Positions 1 through 8,907 are shown, numbered from the stretch's first letter. The stretch: DNA of 31,912 bases from Lentisphaeria bacterium (GCA_041670605.1 JBAXYW010000001.1:1-31912); one strand, 5' to 3'. The notes: generated from the letters alone by a model not told the origin. A program made the numbers and translations.

Positions 1-38
1 CTAAAGCCTTTTTGAAATTGGATCGGATTCTTTTTCAT
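1..38 (-). CDS. IS1595-family transposase, N-terminal 12 codons only (partial)
   Basis: ATG AAA AAG AAT CCG ATC CAA TTT CAA AAA GGC TTT = MKKNPIQFQKGF, with an RBS upstream. Too short for the ORF track. Confidence 0.7.
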   Translation of the reverse strand, partial: MKKNPIQFQKGF

Positions 39-118
39 GCCACGATCTCCTGTCAGTTCATAGCTTTCATTGGACTAGCAGGATGCTCGTAAGTTGCTGA
101 GGGTCGTGGGTAATCAGG
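1..118 (-). mobile_element. Left end of an IS1595-family insertion sequence (runs off the window start)
   Basis: Minus strand from 118 reads CCTGATTACCCACGACCCTCAGC, resembling IS1595-type termini as I recall them. It is followed by an AGGAG RBS (47-51) and an ATG at 38 encoding MKKNPIQFQKGF, matching the IS1595-family transposase N-terminal motif (N.IQFQ.G.S). Confidence 0.75.
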
Positions 119-733
119 AAATTCTTTGATTAATCCTCTAAGCCAGAATTCATTGCCGATGATCAGTAAAACGTCGAATATAAAGCGAGCTAGATAATGA
201 GTATGACCAATGTTATTTTTTAGCTGTGCTTTATGCCAATACAGGACTAATGCGGTCAGGCTGTCTAAATTCCCGACCCTGACAAGTTTTCGATAAAAGA
301 TTAAAGAGAACTTTTCGTTTAAGATTTGCTCCGCAGGACACCGTATTTTTGGACTAAACACAATCGCTTTGACTTCCGAATCAAGTTCATTGAAATATTC
401 GTCAAGATTTCTTAAGCCTTTACCGTACAGACCGAGCACTTTCCATAGCGGGTGATTGATTTCCCGCGCTGATCCTTCGATTTCTTTGTCTACAGTGCTG
501 ACCAGGCGAGGTTGAGGGGTGGTCTTGCCTAACTTATAACGATTCCATTTACCTGGCGGATCCTTTTCCATGAAATTAGGGTCTTCCTTGAGTCCAAAAT
601 AGCGTTCCACCTGTTTGGCCTGAGTGTAGCCCAATCCAATCTGTACTCCTTCGTACCAAAAACGCACACGAAAGATTTCAAGCTGATCGCTGGCCCTTGG
701 TATTTTTTTATTAATTGATCGACGAGTAGGCAT
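53..733 (-). pseudogene. Putative DNA-binding/regulatory protein, 3'-truncated by the IS (205 native codons; last 21 aa are IS-derived)
   Basis: 226-aa ORF divergent from a small HTH gene. The tail PDYPRPSATYEHPASPMKAMN begins exactly at the IS terminus (CCT GAT TAC at 118). The regulator function is inferred from context only. Confidence 0.6.
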
Positions 734-737
734 AAAA

Positions 738-763
738 ATTTTAGCCGTAGTTGCGGCTAAAAT
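738..763. promoter_or_regulatory. Perfect 10-bp inverted repeat (operator or RBS-occluding hairpin)
   Basis: ATTTTAGCCG-tagttg-CGGCTAAAAT, 4 bp upstream of the minus-strand start codon at 733, within the AT-rich divergent intergenic region. Confidence 0.5.
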
Positions 764-892
764 AAGGATTTATTTGTAAGTGTATGATAAATATTTAATT
801 TATAGGTTTATAACCCAAAAATCATTCCTTTGAGCTAGGTAATCCAATTATTGTACGCTTATTCAAAACGACTTCACGTTACTGGGCGCAAC

Positions 893-1183
893 ATGCAAAC
901 CAACGTTACCGAACCATTAGCACAGGAAATACGGGATGATTTAATCCGATTGTACGGACCATTGTTGACAAGTCGGGATCTGTGGAAAGTGTTGGGTTAT
1001 GCGAGTCCAGGCGCTTATCGGCAAGCCCGATTACGGAAACGTGTGTCGGTACCGGAATTTGAGATTGAAGGACGTAGTGGTCATTTTGCGTTAACGATTG
1101 ATGTTGCACGCTGGTTGGCAAAGCAGCGTATGTCCAATCCTCAAACACATTTACCAGAAGAAGGAGAAAAAGATATGACCTAA
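893..1183 (+). CDS. Small excisionase/AlpA-like HTH DNA-binding protein (~96 aa)
   Basis: Motif LYGPLLTSRDLWKVLGYASPGAYRQARLR resembles a Xis/MerR-like wHTH. ATG 893 is preferred over TTG 851. Lies directly upstream of the tns operon. Confidence 0.65.
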   Translation: MQTNVTEPLAQEIRDDLIRLYGPLLTSRDLWKVLGYASPGAYRQARLRKRVSVPEFEIEGRSGHFALTIDVARWLAKQRMSNPQTHLPEEGEKDMT

Positions 1184-1220
1184 GTAATCTGTTTTGACTG
1201 AAACACAGGCTTAGAAAAAC

Positions 1221-1253
1221 AAAAAGCCTAGGGTTGGCGCCCTAAGCTTTTTT
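1221..1253. terminator. Bidirectional intrinsic terminator-like hairpin
   Basis: AAAAAGCCTAGGG-ttggcg-CCCTAAGCTTTTTT: 13-bp arms with one C/A mismatch (a G-U pair on the minus strand), flanked by A and T tracts. Confidence 0.7.
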
Positions 1254-1410
1254 ATGAAACCGTCGAGAATTTGGCAATCCAGACAGTTTCATTGTTGATC
1301 TAAATATCGCGGGTGTCAAGCCTGCGGCCTGTTTATGCGAACCATTTTTTAAACGCATTACTCAGGGCGCAGGATTTATGCGCCCTGAAATTAGGTTAAC
1401 GGAGACTAAT

Positions 1411-2133
1411 ATGTCCTCAAATCTTTGGCAAGGGCGCTGGCGTGGTGTGAAGCCATCCGGTGATAATCATCGCCGAGCCCGGAATGTCATCACTCCATCA
1501 GGCGGCATTGTTCGCGGTAAATTCCCCAGCCGCAAAAATGGCCGGATGGTCCACCATGAAGGCTTGTTAGAGCTCGAAGCCATTTACCTCTTCGAGACTT
1601 CCCCTCGTATCGTTCGATACCGAGAACAACCAAAAACGATCAACTATCCAGACGGCGCTCGATTGCGGCGATATACGCCGGATTTTGAATTGGTGTTGAG
1701 CACCGGCGAAATTGTATTCATCGAAGTCAAACCGGTCAGCAGTCTTAAGCATGACGATGTGCAGCACAAACTCGACCGTGTGACAGAGTACATGCGCCGC
1801 TCGGAAACCGCTTTCGTCATTTTGACTGATCAAGTCATTCGGCAGGAGCCGCGTTTATCCAATTTGCGGTGGATTTATCACCGGGCTTCCCGTATCCCAC
1901 CGACCTCAGACGCAATGACTGTTGCCACCAATAGATATCGCAACTGCCTGCCGTTATCGCTGACGGTGGCATCAAATTTATCAGATGTCGGGGGCATTGA
2001 TCCCTACAGTTTGTTATTGGCCGGACATCTGCGCTGTTCCTTGGATCAGCCGATTTCTCAAGAAACTTTAATAGAATTGAATATGGAGGCAGACAATGGC
2101 TGGTTTTGCATTGCACAAGAACAGGGTTTTTAA
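1411..2133 (+). CDS. tnsA: TnsA-like heteromeric transposase endonuclease subunit
   Basis: GKFPSRKNGRMVHHEGLLE...YREQP...YTPDF...FIEVKP, a TnsA N-terminal PD-(D/E)xK pattern. GGAG RBS precedes ATG 1411 (ORF track start 1378). Confidence 0.9.
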   Translation: MSSNLWQGRWRGVKPSGDNHRRARNVITPSGGIVRGKFPSRKNGRMVHHEGLLELEAIYLFETSPRIVRYREQPKTINYPDGARLRRYTPDFELVLSTGEIVFIEVKPVSSLKHDDVQHKLDRVTEYMRRSETAFVILTDQVIRQEPRLSNLRWIYHRASRIPPTSDAMTVATNRYRNCLPLSLTVASNLSDVGGIDPYSLLLAGHLRCSLDQPISQETLIELNMEADNGWFCIAQEQGF

Positions 2134-4102
2134 TTGGAACGGTACCGATTATCGAATTGATCGTATCCAACCGAATGGAGATTTGCTGTTGGAACGCATG
2201 AATGACGGCCATTTTTCGGTGATCGGTCGTGAGCAACTGCTCACTGAGTATGGGGCAGGCAAAATTTCCGCGAAGACTATTGATACTGCTTCTGCTACTA
2301 CCTCGTTAGTACCTTCATTTTCACGACCGCTCGATGAACTATCCGAAGGCGTCAGAAACGCCGTGAAGCGGCGTAAACATTATCTTGAAAGTATTCTCGA
2401 TAATGGTAATCCGATTTTTACACCGGAGTATTTGAAGCCGTTGATTGGGCAGGCCGCTACGGAAATCGGAGATTTAACCCCGCCGGGCGTAACTACCGTA
2501 TATCGTTGGTATCGTCGATTTAAATCAGTAAATGACCCGCGGGCGATCATTCCGAGGATTGATCTTCGTGGTCCCAAAGAGTTGCGGCAAAATGATCGTA
2601 TTCTCCAACTGGTAGCAGAAGCTTTGGAGGAGGCTTTTAAAGCTTCACCGCAGGCAACATGCAGTGGTGTTTACACGCGCTTACTTGGCAAAATCGATAT
2701 TGAGAACCAGCGATCGATCGGAGGCGAACCCATCAAACCACCTTCCTTACGTACCCTATACCGATTGGTTGAGCGTGCTGAGGCATACGAACTCGTGGTA
2801 TTAAAGGAAGGTAAGGCGGCTGCCGATAGGCGTTTTAGGATCGGCAAAGCCGGTGTAAAAACCTCTCGTATCCTTGAGCGTGTTGAAATCGATCATACAC
2901 CGCTCGATCTATTCCTCATTGACGAAAGAACTTGGCTACCTCTCGGCAGGCCAACGCTAACCGTGATTATCGACCACTATAGCCGGATGTTGCTTGGGTA
3001 CTATTTGAGTTTCGATAGCCCTTCGACTGCGGCGGTGATGGGGGCATTACGGCATGCCATTCTGCCCAAAAAATTGGCAGCTCCGGTCATACCAAACCTA
3101 AAAATCGTCAATGCCTGGTCTTGTTACGGTCTTCCTGAAGTCATGGTGGTCGACAATGGCTTGGAATTCCATAGCAATGACCTGGAAAGTGTGGCTTACG
3201 ACTTGGGAATTCGTATTCAATACTGTCCGAAGCACGCACCACGCTTCAAAGGGGTGGTCGAGCGCCATTTAAAAACGATCAACTACTTCTTTGCTCATCA
3301 GCTGCCTGGTACCAGTTTCGCCAAATTTTATCTGCGCGGCGATTACGATCCACAAAAAGCGGCGTTGTTAACCTTTGCGGAATTTAAGCAAATCTTCGAA
3401 AAGTGGGTAGTCGATGTTTATGCCCAGGACGAACATCGAGGACTCGGTAAAACAACGCCATGGGCTCGTTGGCAAGAAAGTATTGCGCATTATGAACCGA
3501 TACTGCCTGATGATCTGTGTACTTTGCAGCGCCGAATTGGGTTAGTTGAAGAGCGTTCATTACGACGCGATGGCATTTTCCTGCATGGCATCCGCTACAG
3601 CGGCGATGAGCTCGGTCCCATCCTGCGTGGATTTGGTGAAGGGGTGAAAGTTCGGTTGGTCTACGACCCAGAAGACTTGGGTGAAATCCAGGTCTGGGGC
3701 CCCAATGATGCCGAGCCGGTTACGGTAAAGGCACTCGATTACGAGTTTGCTCATGGACTCACCGTCAAACAAAACGAATTTATTCGTCAACATCTGCGGG
3801 AGCAAGGAGCGGAAGTTATCGATAAAGTTGCTCTCGAACGGGCTCGATATGAACTGGCACAAGCCATTGAAACGTTAATGACTAACCGCAAACACCGCGC
3901 AAGACGTCGTAGTGCGGCTTTACGGGGGATCAGTAGTAGTAAACCCAGTGGATCGGAGCCATCAACCATCGCTAATCAGGATTCAGCCGAGGTAATCAAG
4001 CCCACCAAATCAACACCGTCCTCAGATGTCGACCAGAATGCGGAGACGAAGTCAGAGGACATCATCAAATCGTTCCAAATTAAGCGCCCAAAGGATGATT
4101 AG
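2096..4102 (+). CDS. tnsB: TnsB/Mu-like DDE transposase
   Basis: RVEIDHT, VDNGLEF and KGVVER catalytic triad motifs; N-terminal HTH (PPGVTTVYRW); Mu-transposase C-terminal region; overlaps tnsA by 38 bp. Confidence 0.93.
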   Translation: MAGFALHKNRVFNWNGTDYRIDRIQPNGDLLLERMNDGHFSVIGREQLLTEYGAGKISAKTIDTASATTSLVPSFSRPLDELSEGVRNAVKRRKHYLESILDNGNPIFTPEYLKPLIGQAATEIGDLTPPGVTTVYRWYRRFKSVNDPRAIIPRIDLRGPKELRQNDRILQLVAEALEEAFKASPQATCSGVYTRLLGKIDIENQRSIGGEPIKPPSLRTLYRLVERAEAYELVVLKEGKAAADRRFRIGKAGVKTSRILERVEIDHTPLDLFLIDERTWLPLGRPTLTVIIDHYSRMLLGYYLSFDSPSTAAVMGALRHAILPKKLAAPVIPNLKIVNAWSCYGLPEVMVVDNGLEFHSNDLESVAYDLGIRIQYCPKHAPRFKGVVERHLKTINYFFAHQLPGTSFAKFYLRGDYDPQKAALLTFAEFKQIFEKWVVDVYAQDEHRGLGKTTPWARWQESIAHYEPILPDDLCTLQRRIGLVEERSLRRDGIFLHGIRYSGDELGPILRGFGEGVKVRLVYDPEDLGEIQVWGPNDAEPVTVKALDYEFAHGLTVKQNEFIRQHLREQGAEVIDKVALERARYELAQAIETLMTNRKHRARRRSAALRGISSSKPSGSEPSTIANQDSAEVIKPTKSTPSSDVDQNAETKSEDIIKSFQIKRPKDD

Positions 4103-4103
4103 C

Positions 4104-5078
4104 ATGAATTTCAAAGAAATTTTCGACGAGTTACAACGTTTTGATGAAGAGTACATTCCCTTTCCACCCTTTGTCGTCGCGGTTGATGCGGTTAAAGCGA
4201 ATCTTGCGCTGTTTCGCGAGACGGGCATTGCCCAGCATTTGCTAGTGCTGGGTGAAAGCGGTGCCGGAAAAAGCAGTCTCTGCCGCTGGATCGAGCAGCA
4301 ATATTCCAAATTTACGTTGCCTGATCGGGATGTTACACCGGTACTGATTGTGTCGGTTCCCTCGGCGGCTACTATTTCAAGCGTGGCCTCGGCCATGCTT
4401 GAAAAACTGGGTGATCCGGCTGCGACCACCGGAACTGTGTCGGCGAAAACGTCGCGGGTAATTAAGTTATGCCGCGCCTGCCGGGTGGAAATGATCTTGT
4501 TCGACGAAGCCCAGCATATTCACGACCGAGGCAGAGCCACCACGCATTACATGGTGGGTGACTGGTTAAAATCGTTAATCGATCAGACCGGCGTGCCGAC
4601 CGTGTTTCTTGGTCTGCCTCGCCTCGAACAAATCTTACAAGTTAACGAACAACTACGGCGACGCTTTTCGCGGCGTATTCGTTTGGCTTTGGGCCAAAGT
4701 GACAAAAATTCCATCCATGCCGAATGCCTCCAACTGTTCCGATCTCTGGGCTCCTGCTTGCCATTACCATTGTTGTGTGGTCGGTATGGCTGGGATGAAC
4801 TGGGTATGCGTCTACACTACGCCAGTGATGGTCGTGTTGCGTATATCAAAAAACTCTTGGCATCCGCGTTGCGGCTCGCATTGGAAACTGAAATAGTGGA
4901 GATTGGCCCAACACTGCTGGAACAAGCCTTTACCGAGGAAATATGGTGGGAGGGTGTGGGCAAGCTAAATCCTTTCAATCCTGCTTTCGAGTTTCGCCGC
5001 CTGGATCGGGGTAATGAGCCGTTCGAATCTGGTAATTTCAGTAGTGCTCGTAAGGTCCGCAAGGAGGCGGCATGTTGA
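4104..5078 (+). CDS. tnsC: TnsC/TniB AAA+ ATPase
   Basis: Walker A GESGAGKS, Walker B ILFDEAQH, arginine-finger region QLRRRF. ATG 4104 lies 1 bp after the tnsB stop (ORF track start 4026 overlaps tnsB). Confidence 0.9.
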   Translation: MNFKEIFDELQRFDEEYIPFPPFVVAVDAVKANLALFRETGIAQHLLVLGESGAGKSSLCRWIEQQYSKFTLPDRDVTPVLIVSVPSAATISSVASAMLEKLGDPAATTGTVSAKTSRVIKLCRACRVEMILFDEAQHIHDRGRATTHYMVGDWLKSLIDQTGVPTVFLGLPRLEQILQVNEQLRRRFSRRIRLALGQSDKNSIHAECLQLFRSLGSCLPLPLLCGRYGWDELGMRLHYASDGRVAYIKKLLASALRLALETEIVEIGPTLLEQAFTEEIWWEGVGKLNPFNPAFEFRRLDRGNEPFESGNFSSARKVRKEAAC

Positions 5079-5743
5079 TTCCATTTAACGACTATCCGGT
5101 TCGACCTCAGGTAGCGCCAGGGGAAAGTCTGATGGGGTATGTTTACCGGTTTTATAGTGTCAATGGGTATCGTATACCTTACACCGCCAATAAGTGGATA
5201 CGTACCTTATCACGAGGCTGGGCAGAAGACTTCGATGAGGCTTTCAAGGCCACACAATCGATCTTTGGCAATGTTGCCACCCTTGATCGCTTTGGCTGGA
5301 TTCGAGTTCGCCAACATATGGATTCAAATCGATCTGAAACTATGGCATATAGGATTGAGCGAAGTCATCAGCCAGCTGGTTTTTGTCCAACATGCTTGAA
5401 TGAGTCTGGTTTTTATTACGAATTATGGGAATACCTCAAAGTTGAGGTATGTCCGCTTCATGTCTGCAAGTTGGTTACCCGTTGCCCAAACTGTTTAAGT
5501 AATTTTTCCTGGCGCCGGCTTTTAACCGATTGGAGATGCTTCTGCGGGCTAGAGATGACCACTGTACCTACAGAGCCCGTCATGCCTTATTCATTCTCGT
5601 CGACCAATAAAGTGGCATTTATGGTTTTTCCTGAATTGCCCATCACATTGAAACATAACTTGGAGCGGGTGTTAGCGCCTTATGCCGAGGATAGGTTCCT
5701 GCGTGAGTGTAGAGCGAGACGGGAGGACATGACCCGTCGATGA
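5072..5743 (+). CDS. tniQ: Short TniQ-family protein (223 aa)
   Basis: P.RPQ..PGESLMGYVYR N-terminus; Zn-binding FCPTCL, CPLH, CPNC, CFCG; AAGGAGG RBS; overlaps the tnsC stop. Confidence 0.8.
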   Translation: MLIPFNDYPVRPQVAPGESLMGYVYRFYSVNGYRIPYTANKWIRTLSRGWAEDFDEAFKATQSIFGNVATLDRFGWIRVRQHMDSNRSETMAYRIERSHQPAGFCPTCLNESGFYYELWEYLKVEVCPLHVCKLVTRCPNCLSNFSWRRLLTDWRCFCGLEMTTVPTEPVMPYSFSSTNKVAFMVFPELPITLKHNLERVLAPYAEDRFLRECRARREDMTRR

Positions 5744-7590
5744 TGAACGTTGCGACTTACTGTACCTTACCCATGCGTCCGCGTCCCATTGACGGCGAAG
5801 CGACCGTGGGTTTTCTAATGCGAGTGGCCCGAGCAAACGGTTATGAGAGCTTACGACAGTTAGGAAAGACATTCGGCAGTTTTGAAGGGCTATGCCAAGC
5901 ATTGGGCTTGTTAACGGAGGAAAGGCTGGTTCTGTTTGGTCCTTACCCGAGCTTTTGGGGCTCGTCCGAGCTTTCGGACGAGCTAGCCATCTCTGACTTC
6001 AATCATAGCCATTTACGCTGGTGTTCACGCTGTCTTCACGAATCGGCCCATATTCGCGGATCATGGCTGTTAAAAATTAGTTGTGTCTGCAGTCGTCATG
6101 CTGTCCAGCTACAGGACCGGTGTCCCAATTGCGGCAGTGTTCAGCGCCTAGACCGAGTGAACTTCGAGCAATGTGACTGCGGAGCATGGCTTGCCGGTAC
6201 CCAGGGGCAAGAGGTGGCTCATGACTCATTAGTGTGCCTCAGCCAGGCGGTTGAGGCCGCAATTGCCGGTACATCGGTATTGCGGAGCTTCCCCTCCCTG
6301 TCGCTGCCGGAATGGTTGAGATTGATCAGTTACTTGGGCCAGTTCTCGGAAACCTGCCAGCCCAGTAAGCCGGGAAAGCTCGGAAACATGCATCAACTGG
6401 ATACGGCCTTTGCATTGATGCTGCAAGCAAGTTGCTTACTCGACAATTGGCCGAAAAATTTCCATGCCCTTTTGACTGCAATTCAATGTCAGGCGGGAGT
6501 TGAGGTTAAGAACAATACACGCATCCGCGATACGTTCGGCACGCTGTATCATGTCCTTTATAGCGATCTCTCGGACCCTTGTTTCCAGTTTCTGCGCGAC
6601 GAATTCGAGCGCTATTTGCACAAGCATTGGTCGGGTGTAGTGAATAAACGCCACCGAGCGTTTAAGCCAGAGACGATTGCCAGACATCCCCGCGTGACAT
6701 TGAAACAAGCGGCCAAAAAAGCCGGTGTGGCTTTGTCGACCGTTCGCCATTTTGTTCGAGCGGAAGTCATTGCCGGAAATCAGATTGAATTGCCATCTGG
6801 TCGTAAGATGCGCTCAGTGGATGAACAGAGTCTTGGGCAAATCGCGGTTCTGGCTAAAAGCTGTATCATCCTTGATCAGGCTGCCAAACAACTAGCACTG
6901 CCGGAATGTCGGGTTAGGGCGTTAATTTCGGCTGGCATCTTAAAGCCGCTGGTTTCAAGAAAACTCGGCAATGCCGCTACTTGGTTGATTCCCAGGCAAC
7001 AAGTGCAAAGGCTGTTTTTCGCCGGTACTGAAGCCAGTCATTTGCCACCGATAATCAGTGTAAGACACCTCCTCAAGCATTGGCATTTGCGCGATGGCGA
7101 ATTAAAGGCTTTGGTGCTGGCACTTTTGGAACATCAATTCGAGCTGGTGGGTAAACCGACTGAATCCGTACCGCTCGGGAATATCCTATTGGATGAGCAA
7201 AAGGCTCGCCAATGGTTGGTGGAAAAACGCTTTGATGGCGGCGCCAGTATCTCGGTGGATGAGGCAGCACATAGGCTCGGTTTGAAACAACAGGTGGCTT
7301 ACGACTTGGTGAAGTTGGGATTGCTGTCAACTATCCAAGACGATCTTCCCGGTCGGCGAGTCACGCAAGCGAGTCTTGAGGCATTTCAAGCCACCTATAT
7401 CTCATTGGCTGAATATGCCGGGTCATTAAAACGAGCGCCGCGATGGCTATTGAAAACGCTGCCAGTGCAACCTGTTTCAGGACCCATGATCGATGGTAGC
7501 CGGCAGTATTTTTTTCGGCACACCGATCTCAGTAGTCAGAGCCAGCCAACGGATAGTCCGATCAAGCCAAAATTCTTACACGATCCATAA
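5740..7590 (+). CDS. tniQ: Long TniQ/TnsD-like target selector with C-terminal HTH repeats (616 aa)
   Basis: LPMRPRPIDGEATVGFLMR; WCSRCL, CSRH, CPNCG, CDCG Zn motifs; several ..AA..LG-type HTH segments in the C-terminal half. Confidence 0.85.
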   Translation: MMNVATYCTLPMRPRPIDGEATVGFLMRVARANGYESLRQLGKTFGSFEGLCQALGLLTEERLVLFGPYPSFWGSSELSDELAISDFNHSHLRWCSRCLHESAHIRGSWLLKISCVCSRHAVQLQDRCPNCGSVQRLDRVNFEQCDCGAWLAGTQGQEVAHDSLVCLSQAVEAAIAGTSVLRSFPSLSLPEWLRLISYLGQFSETCQPSKPGKLGNMHQLDTAFALMLQASCLLDNWPKNFHALLTAIQCQAGVEVKNNTRIRDTFGTLYHVLYSDLSDPCFQFLRDEFERYLHKHWSGVVNKRHRAFKPETIARHPRVTLKQAAKKAGVALSTVRHFVRAEVIAGNQIELPSGRKMRSVDEQSLGQIAVLAKSCIILDQAAKQLALPECRVRALISAGILKPLVSRKLGNAATWLIPRQQVQRLFFAGTEASHLPPIISVRHLLKHWHLRDGELKALVLALLEHQFELVGKPTESVPLGNILLDEQKARQWLVEKRFDGGASISVDEAAHRLGLKQQVAYDLVKLGLLSTIQDDLPGRRVTQASLEAFQATYISLAEYAGSLKRAPRWLLKTLPVQPVSGPMIDGSRQYFFRHTDLSSQSQPTDSPIKPKFLHDP

Positions 7591-7593
7591 TCT

Positions 7594-8244
7594 ATGAAAA
7601 CCATCACCTTTATTCGTCATGGCCAAAGTACGGCGAATGCCGGCGGTATCACGATGGCACACGATGCCATTCCGCTATCGGAATTGGGTATACGTCAGGC
7701 CAAGATTTTGGCTGATATGCTCAAACTGCAACCGTCGGCGATTTATGTATCCGAATTTGTTCGGACTCATGAAACGGCCAAACCGTTTTGCGAAAAAGTA
7801 TCGATGCCAGCGACAGTTCAGCCGTTGCTCAATGAATTATCGAGTATCGATCCAGCGTTGATACAAGGTATGAATGGCGAACAGCGCCGTCCTATTGCCG
7901 ATGCTTATTGGCAAGCGGCAGATCCAACTAAACGCATGGGCAAGTGCGCCGACACCTTCGTTGAATTCGAGCAGAGGGTTGCTGCGTTCACCTCCGAATT
8001 AGATGCTTTGCCGGATAACTCGGTGCTATTTGGTCACGGCATTTGGTTTGGCATGCTGACTTGGAAATTACTGGGGTTCAACGCCAGGGATAGTCAGAGT
8101 ATCAAAGCCTTCCGCCGGTTCCAGATGGGATTGCCGATGCCGAATTGTGCGGTGTATACGCTTGACTCTCCGGCTCCCTGTCATTGGCGGGTAAGGGTTA
8201 ATGAAGAAGTGATGCACAGGATATTAGCGTTGGCGTCTAAGTGA
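7594..8244 (+). CDS. Histidine phosphatase (phosphoglycerate mutase-like) family protein
   Basis: N-terminal FIRHGQS motif, RT.ETA, and a C-terminal FGHG catalytic His. Starts 3 bp after the tniQ stop. Confidence 0.9.
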   Translation: MKTITFIRHGQSTANAGGITMAHDAIPLSELGIRQAKILADMLKLQPSAIYVSEFVRTHETAKPFCEKVSMPATVQPLLNELSSIDPALIQGMNGEQRRPIADAYWQAADPTKRMGKCADTFVEFEQRVAAFTSELDALPDNSVLFGHGIWFGMLTWKLLGFNARDSQSIKAFRRFQMGLPMPNCAVYTLDSPAPCHWRVRVNEEVMHRILALASK

Positions 8245-8290
8245 GATGGGTATCCATCAATCTCTTTTCTATTGGGTGAGGAATATGAAT

Positions 8291-8689
8291 ATGCAATATG
8301 AATGCTTGCCAAAATCGGATCTTCAAAGGCTAAAGCAAGAAGTCCTGGATCAGCTGCCCGAGGCTGCATTACCCGCAAATTTGCCGGATCATTGGTTGGA
8401 TATGATTGCTCGCGATCTGGAAGAAACAGTCGGAACTGGAGGGCATGGTGGTGACTCGTCGTCCTATGCATCGGCTCCTTTAGCGCTTATCGTGCATATT
8501 ATGGCCGCTAAAACTTCGAGCGAACGTCTTGAAATTTCACTTGAAACTTTGCATCGCTATTTCTGTGATCTTCGTATTGAAGTCAACCTGGAAATCGTAA
8601 ATCGTAGAACTGAGATCAAAGTAGAGTCGGCAACGCTGGAAACCATTTTTTCGAATCGGGATGTCAGAATACTTAATCGAAGAAGATAA
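8291..8689 (+). CDS. Hypothetical protein (~132 aa)
   Basis: Open frame 8246-8689; a GAGG RBS fits ATG 8291 best. No recognised motif. Confidence 0.7.
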   Translation: MQYECLPKSDLQRLKQEVLDQLPEAALPANLPDHWLDMIARDLEETVGTGGHGGDSSSYASAPLALIVHIMAAKTSSERLEISLETLHRYFCDLRIEVNLEIVNRRTEIKVESATLETIFSNRDVRILNRRR

Positions 8690-8907
8690 GTCTCAATATT
8701 GGGAGGTGAAATCAAGTAGGATCAAGCCGGCATGACGCGTTAATGGTAAATAAATTGCAGACCCTTGGAAACCAACGCTTAGAAATATGATTGTTCGTGA
8801 TTTGGAGTTCGAATAATAGAGCAGCTCTAGCAGTGCTGCGAGCAGATTAATGCCATTCATTAATGGGTTTATAGTAAGGAATTTAGGCTGTTTCAGTATG
8901 GCTAAAA

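Larger units (their letters stand above)
1411..7590 (+). mobile_element. Tn7-like transposon core (tnsA-tnsB-tnsC-tniQ-tniQ); element ends not firmly located
   Basis: Five overlapping or abutting ORFs with TnsA, DDE TnsB, AAA+ TnsC and two TniQ signatures. Confidence 0.9.

Noticed and set aside
1189-1208. CTGT...ACAG as a LexA box, or TGT...ACA as a transposon end next to tnsA
   Set aside because: The spacer is 12 bp rather than 8, and no repeated TnsB-like sites follow.
4026-4103. Upstream in-frame starts for tnsC (4026), tnsA (1378), the HTH gene (851) and the hypothetical gene (8246)
   Set aside because: Downstream ATGs have better RBS spacing or coupling; the extensions look non-conserved.
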